NCBI GenBank assembly: GCA_039930645.1
Contig: JBDTTJ010000001.1
Location: 2,554 to 66,553 of the forward strand
Length of the DNA stretch: 64,000 nucleotides
Source: Acidobacteriota bacterium
GTDB taxonomy: Bacteria > Acidobacteriota > Thermoanaerobaculia > UBA5066
Reading direction: 5' to 3'
Of this stretch, positions 53,872 to 62,630 are shown piece after piece. The notes beneath the pieces are model-generated. The model ran no database searches and had not been told where the DNA came from. It saw only the letters and a list, made by a program, of their open reading frames with translations. The translations under genes and the position numbers were made by a program. How positions within the stretch are numbered: the stretch's first letter is position 1; each line of letters starts with the position of its first letter.

Positions 53872-56800
53872 TCAGTTCGGGAGGATGGGCGGCAGCGGTT
53901 CGTCGAGCCGGACCTCGAACGCGCCCTCGAGAATGTCCCGCGGGTTTTTCCCGTCCGGAATCTGGACGCGGATGGTCCATACCTTCGGGTCCGAGAGCTC
54001 CGAACGGTTCTCGCTGGCGAGGCGGATGAAGTAGAAGAGCTTCAGCGGCCCGCCGGTGACTTCGTAAGTGCTCGTCCATCCTCCCTCGCCGGACTGCTCG
54101 TTCCGGCCGCTGATCGTGAGAAGCGCGTCGGCGGAGCTGAGACGCCAGACGAACGGGGGCGGAATTCGCTGGGATTTGATGTCCGTCGAGGGGCGCAGGA
54201 TCACGCCCCGGTCGAAGAGCGTGATCTGCGAGACGCGGTCCTTCAGCGGACGGCGGCCGGCGCCGGGCTCCCGGTCGAGCGCGAGCACCTTGATCTCGCG
54301 CCCCCCGGGGCCTCCCGCGCTGCCCGCGAGAGAGGCGGAGGCTCCTGACGCGGCGCCGCTGATGAAGCGCTGCCAGAGGCGCGCCACGGCGAGCGAGCCA
54401 CGGTTTTGCTGGATGAAGTCGAAGGACGGCTCGGTGCCGCCGAGAAGCGGGTCCACGGCGTACTCGTCCGAGAGGACGCCGACCTCGGTCAGGACGCCGA
54501 GGACGTCGGCCTGCCCGATCGTCGCCAGGTTCCGGCGCATCGAGAGGCCCCCCGTCGCGAGCTCGGCGGTGTACTCGGCCCGCTGCTGCTTCATGCGGCT
54601 CTCGGTGACGAACGGAAACTGTCCGGAGCAGCAGGAGGCGAGGCGCTGGTACAGCGTGTCCCACTTGGGATTGAAGAGAGGCTCGACCGCGGTCTTGATG
54701 AGGTTGCCGCCGCGGTCCTCGAGGCTCTTCAGCGACCGCCCGTAAGGCCCGGCCTTGACCCGCAGGTCGCCCGTGAACGCATGCCAGCCTTTCAGCGTGG
54801 CCCCTTCGGCTCCCGTCGCGAGCTGCTTCCACGACTTCAGCTCGTCCTTGTCGCCGAGAGCGCCGACGGTCCGCTTGAAGGTCTCGGCGGCGGCGAGGAG
54901 GTAGTCGGGGACCGCGGCCGGCTTGGCGGAGACGCGGGCCTCGAAGCGGTTCTTGTAGTACCCGATGACGGGGTTGAGGTTTGCGTTCGTCTGCACGAAC
55001 CCCTGCAGGTCGGCGAGCGTCAGCTGGCCGGCCTGGTCGGGCGCGCCGCCGCCGCCCCCTCCGCCGGCGGGGGTCCACGTCCCGACGGCGATCTGGTAGG
55101 CGCGCCAGCTGCGGGCCGTCAGGGCCGAGGCGGGGATCGAGAATCCGCCGCCTCCGGACCGCACCGGGGCGCCCGTGGCGTCGAGGAAGCGCTGCAGGTA
55201 GTCGATCTCGCCCTGCGAGAGCGCCTTGACGTCGCTCTTCGCGTCGTCGCGCGCGAGCGCGTTGGTCTGCCGCTCGGCGAGCGAAACGACGCCATTGCCG
55301 TAGGGAATCATCATCTGCGTGAACGGCTTCTGAAAGCAGATGGCGGGGTTGCAGCCCGGGCCGATGGACGCAGTCAGGAATTCCTGCACGGGGGGCAGCA
55401 CGCGCGCGAGGAGCGCGAGCTCGGCGGTCCGCCGCGCGAAGGGGCCCACGTCGCTCCAGCGGAAGCGTCCGTCCGGAACGGTCTTCTCGAACTCCGTCCC
55501 CTTGGCGACGGACGCGTTCTTCAGGTCCTCCTGCCGCTTCTGCCACTCCTCGAGCTTCTGCTTCTTGCCGTCCAGGGACGAGATCGTGTTCACCTGGGCG
55601 AGGATCTTCCCGTCGTCGCTCGCCCGGAACGCGTCGACGTCCGCGTACGCGCCGACGTCGGCGAGGAGACCGCTGACGAGGACGGTCCCGTTCGCGAGCT
55701 TTGTCTTTCCGGGCGTCGTCGTCTCGTCGAGCAGGAACGCGAAGCCGCTCTTCTGAGCGCCGAGGTTCGCGGAATCGACCTGGAGGCGCCCGATCAGCTC
55801 CTGGAGCCTCGACGTATTGACGCGCGTCTGCGCCGCCGGGTGGAAGGTCGGCGCGATGCTCGCGCCGGGAAGCGAGGGCGGAGCCAGCGCCGGGAGGGGC
55901 GGCGGCGGGGCGGCGCCGGCGGCCGTGGCAGCGGCGGAGGCGGCCGGAGCCGGAGGCGCGGATGCGGCGGGCGGCCCGACCGTGAGGAGCTGCGCGTAGG
56001 ACTCGTTCAGGTAGCGCTGCCACTGTTCGACGCTCGCCCCGGGGAAGCCCCTCTCGCCGGGACGCGGCGTCTCGAGGTGCTTGGCGAGCGCGTCGAAGTT
56101 CGCCTTGAACGGTTTCGCGGTGTCCGCGGCGCGCTTGAGGTAGCTCGCCTGCTGCGGATCGACGATGCCCGTGAGCGCCGTGTAGAGACGGACCCACTCC
56201 TCCAGTCCCTTCATGAGCTTCCAGTCCCAGCGGGCGAGGTTTGCGACCGTCCAGTAGCGCTCGAACGCGTCGACGGGGCGGCTCGGGTCGGGGACGGCCG
56301 CCTTCAGGTCGCCCGCCGTTCGTCCGCGGGCGAGCTGCGTGACGAACGCATCCGGCCGGGGGTCCGCCGGCGTGATCTGGGCGGCCCACTCGTCGATCTC
56401 GGCGGCGAACTCGCTCCCCGCGATCCCCTTCGTCTTCTGGGCGAAGGTGACGAGGCCGAGGAGGCGAAGGTCTTCCGCGCGGAACGCGTCCGTTCCGTCC
56501 GCTTTCTTGAGGGACTGGTCGAAGCCGCGCCACCCGAGGAAGCTCTGGAGAGCGCCGAAAAACGCGGGGTAGTCGGAGAAGGTCTCCCAGTTCACCCCGG
56601 CCATCCGCGCCTCGGATTCCTTCAGGAGCGGCCGGACCACGCCCTCGAAGAAGAGCTTCTGCTGGACGGTCGCGAGGAGGGTGTGGATCTCGTTCGACTT
56701 CGCGCCTCGCAGGAAGAGGCCGAGAAGGAAGGGGTGCTGGCCGAGGCTGACGCGGTCTTCGTAGAGCAGCCGGGTCAGCTCGTACTTCTGGGCGATCGTG

Positions 56801-58251
56801 CAGGGAACCTTCATGCACGCCTGCGCCTGCGCGGCGTGCGTGCGGATCGGGTTCAGGATGCGCCGGAGCGAGAGGAACGCCGGAATCATCGTGAGGATGA
56901 TCAGCGGCAGGATCGCCCACGTCAGGATCCGGAACGCGAGCGTGGTCTTCTTCTCGCGCTCGGCGGCCGCGCGGGTCCTCGCCACGAGCCCCTGCTCCGG
57001 GAAGACCTTCTTCTCGTAGAAGTCCTTGATGAAGAACGCGCGCGATTTCTTGAAGATGTTCTCGAGGCTTTCGATGACGTCGCCGGCGGAGCCCGAGGGA
57101 CCCTTCAGGAGATCGCGCGTGGCCTGTGCGATCGGCTTGCCCTGCTGCACGCCGCTCGAGATGTAGAACCCGCGGAAGACGAACGGCTCGTCGTAGCGGC
57201 TCTGCGTGAGGATGCCGTCGAGGTAGCGCCTTACCGGCTCCTTCAGGGCGCGGAGCTCCTCGGGAAACACGATGAACCGGTCGGCGTTCGCGACGTTCTC
57301 CTCGGCCGAGAGGAACTTCAGCCGGAGCTTGTGCACGCGCGTGACGATCTGGTCCCACGCCGCGTCCACGATGTTCGGGTCGTAGGGCTTCTCGGGACCG
57401 GCGGGATTCGACCAGCCGAACAACTGCCGCTGCTCGACCGGGTCGAGCTTCGTGAAGAACTCCGAGAAGCCGAGCGCGCGGTCGGCCTTCGTGATCAGGA
57501 AAAAGATCGGGAACCGGATGTCGAGGAGGCGCTGGATGTGGATCAGCTTCGCCCGGATGTTCTGGGCCTTCTTGTCCTGCTCCTCCGGGGTGTCCTCGAG
57601 GAGTGACGTCGCCGGGATGACGACGAGAACCCCGTTGATGGGGCAGTAGCCCCGATGCTTCCTCAGGAGCTTGAGGAAGCTCGACCACTCCGACGCGTCG
57701 GGAGCCGCTTCCTCCTGAAACGTGAAGCGTCCCGCCGTGTCGAGGATGACGGCCTCGTTCGCGAACCACCAGTCGCAGTTGCGCGTGCCGCCCGCGCCCG
57801 AGAGGGCGTCGCCCCCCACCGGGAACTCCAGCCCCGAGTTCTTGAGGGTCGTGCTCTTTCCCGACTGCGGCTCCCCGATGAGGAGGTACCAGGGCAGCGA
57901 ATAGATGTCGAGCCCGGCTCCCTTCAGGTTCTGGACGGCCTCCAGCCACTTGGCCGAGAGGTCCTTGAGCGCCTCGCGCACCTCTTCCTTCGACGCGCCG
58001 GCGGCCTGCGAGTCCTTGCGGAGCTCGCCTTCGAAGGCCCGGCCCTTCTGCGCCTCGCGGCCCTTGCGCAGGAACTCGAAGAGGACGACGGCCCCCACGA
58101 CGACGAGCAGGCCGAGCAGGAAGAGCCACCAGTATTTCTGGAGCCCGAGAAGGTTGATCAGGAAGTAGCCGAGGGGAATGAAGAGAACGACGCCGGCGAG
58201 GTACTTGAGCGGCTTGGGAAGCCCCTGGATGAGAGAAAGGAATTCCTGCAT
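53872..58251 (-). CDS. tssM: T6SS membrane complex protein TssM (IcmF), 1459 aa
   Basis: N-terminal TM helices, Walker A 'GEPQSGKSTTLKNSG' and IcmF-related domains. Confidence 0.9.
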   Translation of the reverse strand: MQEFLSLIQGLPKPLKYLAGVVLFIPLGYFLINLLGLQKYWWLFLLGLLVVVGAVVLFEFLRKGREAQKGRAFEGELRKDSQAAGASKEEVREALKDLSAKWLEAVQNLKGAGLDIYSLPWYLLIGEPQSGKSTTLKNSGLEFPVGGDALSGAGGTRNCDWWFANEAVILDTAGRFTFQEEAAPDASEWSSFLKLLRKHRGYCPINGVLVVIPATSLLEDTPEEQDKKAQNIRAKLIHIQRLLDIRFPIFFLITKADRALGFSEFFTKLDPVEQRQLFGWSNPAGPEKPYDPNIVDAAWDQIVTRVHKLRLKFLSAEENVANADRFIVFPEELRALKEPVRRYLDGILTQSRYDEPFVFRGFYISSGVQQGKPIAQATRDLLKGPSGSAGDVIESLENIFKKSRAFFIKDFYEKKVFPEQGLVARTRAAAEREKKTTLAFRILTWAILPLIILTMIPAFLSLRRILNPIRTHAAQAQACMKVPCTIAQKYELTRLLYEDRVSLGQHPFLLGLFLRGAKSNEIHTLLATVQQKLFFEGVVRPLLKESEARMAGVNWETFSDYPAFFGALQSFLGWRGFDQSLKKADGTDAFRAEDLRLLGLVTFAQKTKGIAGSEFAAEIDEWAAQITPADPRPDAFVTQLARGRTAGDLKAAVPDPSRPVDAFERYWTVANLARWDWKLMKGLEEWVRLYTALTGIVDPQQASYLKRAADTAKPFKANFDALAKHLETPRPGERGFPGASVEQWQRYLNESYAQLLTVGPPAASAPPAPAASAAATAAGAAPPPPLPALAPPSLPGASIAPTFHPAAQTRVNTSRLQELIGRLQVDSANLGAQKSGFAFLLDETTTPGKTKLANGTVLVSGLLADVGAYADVDAFRASDDGKILAQVNTISSLDGKKQKLEEWQKRQEDLKNASVAKGTEFEKTVPDGRFRWSDVGPFARRTAELALLARVLPPVQEFLTASIGPGCNPAICFQKPFTQMMIPYGNGVVSLAERQTNALARDDAKSDVKALSQGEIDYLQRFLDATGAPVRSGGGGFSIPASALTARSWRAYQIAVGTWTPAGGGGGGGAPDQAGQLTLADLQGFVQTNANLNPVIGYYKNRFEARVSAKPAAVPDYLLAAAETFKRTVGALGDKDELKSWKQLATGAEGATLKGWHAFTGDLRVKAGPYGRSLKSLEDRGGNLIKTAVEPLFNPKWDTLYQRLASCCSGQFPFVTESRMKQQRAEYTAELATGGLSMRRNLATIGQADVLGVLTEVGVLSDEYAVDPLLGGTEPSFDFIQQNRGSLAVARLWQRFISGAASGASASLAGSAGGPGGREIKVLALDREPGAGRRPLKDRVSQITLFDRGVILRPSTDIKSQRIPPPFVWRLSSADALLTISGRNEQSGEGGWTSTYEVTGGPLKLFYFIRLASENRSELSDPKVWTIRVQIPDGKNPRDILEGAFEVRLDEPLPPILPN

Positions 58252-58257
58252 GGCCGC

Positions 58258-58941
58258 CTACGCCAGCCCCATCGTCTGCACGACGGTCCTCAGGTCGTCG
58301 ACCGAGCGGGCCCACATGAGCCACGTGATCGCGTAGTAGAGAAAGAGGATGCCGACGCCGACGATCGCGACGCGCGCGAGGGTGACCGCGGGGGAGAGCT
58401 TGCGCGCCGGCGCCGCCGTGACGTGGTACGCCTCGGGCGTGATCCTGTCGCCCACGTCCGCGAGGTACTCGGCGAGGAGACGGTAGACGCGGTTCTTGAC
58501 TTCCACCGCCTTCTCGGGGCGTTCGCGGTACTTGCCGCGGAAGCCGAGCGCCAGCCCGGTGAAGACGATTGCCGCGAGCTCCACGTCGTCGGGACGGAGG
58601 TCCTTGGCGATCGAGAAGTACTGGTCGCCGCCGATGTTCGTCTTGAAGTACTTCTCCTCGAAGAGGTGCTGTTCCCACTCCGCGCTGCGATCCCAGCCGG
58701 AGTGGAGGAGGATCTCGTCCGCGAGGACGACGAGCGGGTACCGTGCCTTCTCGTAGAGCGCGTCGAGGCGCGGATCGCCGCGGACGGCGCGCGCCTGGTC
58801 GTCGAAGATCTCCTGGAGGTCGGCGGCGACGGCGTCGGGCTCGAGCCGAACGTTGCGGCGGACCTTCTGCCGGAAGGAGCTGAGGAAAAGGAAGAGGCGC
58901 GAGGAGACCCCGAAGAGGTCGGTGGTGCTCGTGCTATCCAC
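58258..58941 (-). CDS. tssL: T6SS membrane complex protein TssL (DotU)
   Basis: 227 aa with a DotU fold and a C-terminal TM 'VAIVGVGILFLYYAITWLMWA'. Confidence 0.8.
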   Translation of the reverse strand: MDSTSTTDLFGVSSRLFLFLSSFRQKVRRNVRLEPDAVAADLQEIFDDQARAVRGDPRLDALYEKARYPLVVLADEILLHSGWDRSAEWEQHLFEEKYFKTNIGGDQYFSIAKDLRPDDVELAAIVFTGLALGFRGKYRERPEKAVEVKNRVYRLLAEYLADVGDRITPEAYHVTAAPARKLSPAVTLARVAIVGVGILFLYYAITWLMWARSVDDLRTVVQTMGLA

Positions 58942-60304
58942 GGGTCGCGCTCAGCGGCTTCGAGACGACGTACAGGAAGAACTTGAGCTTCGGGTCGAGC
59001 ATCCCCGAGACCGCCATCGCGTGGTCCTTCACGACGTTGCCCCAGTAAATGCCTTCCTTCTCGATCGTGAAGTAGTAGTGGTCGTCCCCGGCCGGAAGCC
59101 CGGACGGGATGCGCTTGAGCATCTCGAGGTCGAGGCCGAACAGGCGCCGCTGCCGGAGCAGCGGAATGTCGTGCACGGCGCCGACCTTCATCGTGTTGAG
59201 CCGCTCTTTGAGGTCGCGCTCGGGGAGATCCGTCTCCACCGAAAGGTAGAACTCGGCCTCGCTCGTGAACCACTCGGGCTTCAGGTCCGCCACGAGGAGG
59301 TCCTCCCTCAGGACGAACTCGACCCGGATGAAGCGCGACGCGACCACCTTTTCGGTCAGGAGCTCGATGTTCTGGCAGATGTCGAAGAAGCAGGGGCCGA
59401 GACGGTCGTGGTCGTAGAGGGGCACCTTGATGGGCCGGAGCCCCTCGTCGAAGATGGCGAGGTCGCCGAGAAGCCGCGCGAACTCGCAGTAGACCGGGAA
59501 CGGATGCACGCGCGGGATCCGCGTGAGCTGCTGCAGGATGTAGACGAAGCTGCCGAGGATCTTCAGCTTCATGAGCGTCTGCCAGCCCGACGTGCCTTCC
59601 GACGCGATCGCGAGGCGTCCCGAGGCGACCTCGGTCAGAACGAGACGGTGCTTGGCTTCGAGCCGGTTCGTGACCGACTCGCAGAGCGCCTGCAGGGTCG
59701 CGGAGGCCCCGATCTCCGTGACCGGCGGAATGAAGTCCTTCGAGAGGACGGGGAAGTTCTTCCCCTGGCCCGAGCGCTCCACGATCGCGAGAGGCAGGCA
59801 CTCGTAGCCGTCCCGGTTCTCGTTCCCGAAGAAGAGCCGTCCGTTCACGAGGCGCGTCTCCACGGGCTGGCGGTTCGCCCCGGTGTTCTCGTCCGGGAGC
59901 TCGAGGACCTCGGACGTCAACCGCCGGTCCTGGCCGCGGCGGTCCTCGCCGGGGAAGAACGTGTTCGGAGCGTCCTCGCGCAGGACGGGCACCCCGAGAA
60001 ATACGTCCATCCGCCCGCCGGCCTGTTCGATCTCGGCCTTGAACGGACGCGGGAAGATCCGGAGGTTGGCGCCGGCCGAAAGGACGGACCCGTCCTTCAG
60101 CTTCGCCTCGATGTCGCGCAGCTCGAAGATGTGGTTCTCGAGCTGGTCCGCGGCGACCTCCATCCGCGTGACGCCCCAGAAAAAGGGCTGGATGCGCCGC
60201 ACCTCCTCGTGGAGCGACTCCTCGCGGAATCGCTCCGCCGCCTGCAGATGGTGCGGCCGGAGGAACATTCCCTCGGCCCAGAGGACGGGGCGGTTTTTTT
60301 TCAC
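58934..60304 (-). CDS. tssK: T6SS baseplate protein TssK
   Basis: GTG start giving 'VKKNRPVLWAEGMFLRPHHLQAAERF', the conserved TssK N-terminus. GTGA overlap with the tssJ stop. Confidence 0.8.
   Translation of the reverse strand: MKKNRPVLWAEGMFLRPHHLQAAERFREESLHEEVRRIQPFFWGVTRMEVAADQLENHIFELRDIEAKLKDGSVLSAGANLRIFPRPFKAEIEQAGGRMDVFLGVPVLREDAPNTFFPGEDRRGQDRRLTSEVLELPDENTGANRQPVETRLVNGRLFFGNENRDGYECLPLAIVERSGQGKNFPVLSKDFIPPVTEIGASATLQALCESVTNRLEAKHRLVLTEVASGRLAIASEGTSGWQTLMKLKILGSFVYILQQLTRIPRVHPFPVYCEFARLLGDLAIFDEGLRPIKVPLYDHDRLGPCFFDICQNIELLTEKVVASRFIRVEFVLREDLLVADLKPEWFTSEAEFYLSVETDLPERDLKERLNTMKVGAVHDIPLLRQRRLFGLDLEMLKRIPSGLPAGDDHYYFTIEKEGIYWGNVVKDHAMAVSGMLDPKLKFFLYVVSKPLSATRG
60294..60301 (-). 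repeat. A8 homopolymer (T8 on the plus strand) in codons 2-4 of tssK
   Basis: 'GTG AAA AAA AAC' immediately after the start codon. An 8-nt A/T run in an otherwise ~70% GC coding region. Confidence 0.5.
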
Positions 60305-60774
60305 GGCTGGACGATCGAGAATTCCCGGTCGCGGACCTGGATCCGGATCGTCCGGCCCTTCCATTGATCCTTGCGAAGGACGACGAGATGGCGGCCCGGG
60401 TCGGCGCTCTGGAAGCGGTAGTCCGCGACGATTACGAGGAACTTGTCGTCCTTGCTCGCCTGGACGGTCAGCTCCTTCTCGCAGCGCCCCTCGGCCTGCG
60501 AGAACGTCGCGGTCCGCGTCCGGTCCCGGAGGGACTCGCGGAGCGGGTCGTAGAACCACTTCTCGCCGAGGGCGCGGATTCTCTCGACTTCGGGCTCGGT
60601 CGCGCGAACGACGTCGACCGTGAGGAGCGTCCCGCCGTTGATCTCGGGCGCGCAGCGGAAGGCGACCGTGGCCGCCGAAGATCCGCAGCCACCGGCAAGC
60701 GTGGCGCAGGCGACGGCGAGGAGGAGCGTGGCGAGTCGGCAGGACCGGACGGGCGTGCCCGCGAAGGTCGGCAT
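60301..60774 (-). CDS. tssJ: T6SS outer-membrane lipoprotein TssJ
   Basis: 157 aa. Signal peptide with lipobox 'ATLAGGC'. Size and position between fha and tssK fit TssJ. Confidence 0.65.
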   Translation of the reverse strand: MPTFAGTPVRSCRLATLLLAVACATLAGGCGSSAATVAFRCAPEINGGTLLTVDVVRATEPEVERIRALGEKWFYDPLRESLRDRTRTATFSQAEGRCEKELTVQASKDDKFLVIVADYRFQSADPGRHLVVLRKDQWKGRTIRIQVRDREFSIVQP

Positions 60775-60779
60775 GGCGT

Positions 60780-62630
60780 CTACTTCCTCTTGTTGAGCTT
60801 CTGGAATTCTGTCTGCGAGAGGTGCGCCGCCGCCTGGAGAACCTGATCCTGCACGAGATCGGGGTTCAAGTCCTTCACGAGGTCCCGATACTGGTCCCAC
60901 CATTCCGCCGTCTCCCCGCGGAGCTTCCACCCCGCTCCCGCTTTCCCCGCCTCGATGACTGAGGGGCTGATTCTCTTCCAGAGCCTCGTGAACCACAACT
61001 TCGGCGCCTCGTGGTGCCCCGCCGAAATGGCGACCTGCCATCGGCGAAGCTCCCCGAGGTAGTCCCTCACGTCGTCCGGATTCACGTCCTTGCCCTCGGC
61101 GGCCGCGGCCAGAAAACCGCTCAGCCGGTCGCGGAAGTTGGGCAGGCGAAAGCTCGCCGTCTCGGCGCCCGGCATCGTCATCGCCTCGACGAGGCCGAGC
61201 GTGAACGTCTCCACGTCCTGGGCGAACCGCAGGACGTCGCGGAGCACGGCGAGACGGGGCTCGAGGGCGGGGGCCTTGCCGTCTTCGGGCGTCAGCAGCG
61301 CCTTCCACGGCAGAGCCGCCGGGGCGGCCGTCTTCGGAGCGGGCGCCGGCGGCTGCGAGGCCGTCTCGGCGAGGCGCCGCTCCAGCTCCGCCACGCGGCG
61401 CCGGAGTCTCGCCTCCTCCAGGTTCGGAACATCGCCGGCCAGGGCGACGGGAAACTGCAGCCGGAGCTGCTCGAGGACGCGCGGCCTCCTGGCGGGCGCG
61501 AGAGCGTGAAGCTCCTTCACGACGAGCGACTTGAGCGCCTCGCGCCGGTCGGCCGGCGTCGAGAAGCGGTACGCGGCGGCCTCGCGAAGCAGGTCGTCGG
61601 CCAGTTCGCGCGCCTTCCGGTCGAGGGCGATCTCGTCGTGCGTGAGCGGAGCGCTTGCGATTCCCGCTCCGCGAGCGGCGGGCTCCGGTGCGCTTTCGCG
61701 CCGGGGCGCTTCCGGGCGGCGCGCGGGAGCCGCCTTCGGGACCGGCTGGGGCGCGGGAGGAGCGGCCGCCGGCGCCGGCCGCGGCGGCTCTTCGCGGGGC
61801 GCGAAATCCGGAAGCCGCCGGGCGAGCCACGAGCCGACGGCGCTCTCCTCGTCCTGACGCAGCAGCTTGAGCAGCTCGTGGCGGAGCGTCGTCTCGAGGT
61901 CCATCGCCGAGGACTCGATGGTCCGGCGCTGGCACTCCTCGAGAAGGAAGCCGACTTTCGGCGACAGGATGAGCTCGTCGGAGCCGGTCTTGAGGCCGAG
62001 CGGCTGCAGGAAGAGGTCGTTCAGCCACTCGTAGGATCCCGCGAAGAGACGTCCTTCCCAGAGCTCCGCGAGCGCCTGCTCCCGGGACCAGTTCGCGTCC
62101 CTCAGGATCCGCTGGATGGTCGCGCTGCGCGAACGGAGGAGCGCGTCGCAGAGATGGCGCGTGTCCGCGAAGAGCTCACCGCGTTGCGTCGCGGCTTCGC
62201 GGGCGCCGCGGACGATGCTCTGGACCGCGGGGTCCGGGTACGCCTCGCCCCTCAGAACGCGCGGGAAGGGCATCTCCGGAAGCGTCGCATCGACCAGCCG
62301 CACCCGGACCGGCGTCGAGGAGACGAGGAAGACGTCGCCCGAGTGGATCTCGACCTCCCCGCTGACCTGCCCGGACTGGACGGAGGTTCCGTTCGTACTT
62401 CCGTTGTCCTTCAGGAAGAGCCGCCCCTTCTCGAAGCGAACCTCCGCGTGGGCCGAGGAAACGCCGTAGCCGTACGAGAGGACGAATTCGTTCCTCGTGC
62501 TCGTCTTCTTGTCCACCGACACGCGCCCGATGTGGACCGTGGCGCGCGCATCCGGGGCGGGCGTCACGTGGCGCAGCCCTTCCATCGGCCCGAGCCAGAC
62601 TTCGACGGCGACGAAGACCGAGCCGCTCAC
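60780..62630 (-). CDS. T6SS FHA-domain protein (TagH/Fha)
   Basis: N-terminal FHA ('HIGRVSVD...NEFVLSYGYGVSSAHAEVRFEKGRLFLKDNGSTNGT') and a long Pro/Ala-rich C-terminal region. Confidence 0.75.
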   Translation of the reverse strand: MSGSVFVAVEVWLGPMEGLRHVTPAPDARATVHIGRVSVDKKTSTRNEFVLSYGYGVSSAHAEVRFEKGRLFLKDNGSTNGTSVQSGQVSGEVEIHSGDVFLVSSTPVRVRLVDATLPEMPFPRVLRGEAYPDPAVQSIVRGAREAATQRGELFADTRHLCDALLRSRSATIQRILRDANWSREQALAELWEGRLFAGSYEWLNDLFLQPLGLKTGSDELILSPKVGFLLEECQRRTIESSAMDLETTLRHELLKLLRQDEESAVGSWLARRLPDFAPREEPPRPAPAAAPPAPQPVPKAAPARRPEAPRRESAPEPAARGAGIASAPLTHDEIALDRKARELADDLLREAAAYRFSTPADRREALKSLVVKELHALAPARRPRVLEQLRLQFPVALAGDVPNLEEARLRRRVAELERRLAETASQPPAPAPKTAAPAALPWKALLTPEDGKAPALEPRLAVLRDVLRFAQDVETFTLGLVEAMTMPGAETASFRLPNFRDRLSGFLAAAAEGKDVNPDDVRDYLGELRRWQVAISAGHHEAPKLWFTRLWKRISPSVIEAGKAGAGWKLRGETAEWWDQYRDLVKDLNPDLVQDQVLQAAAHLSQTEFQKLNKRK

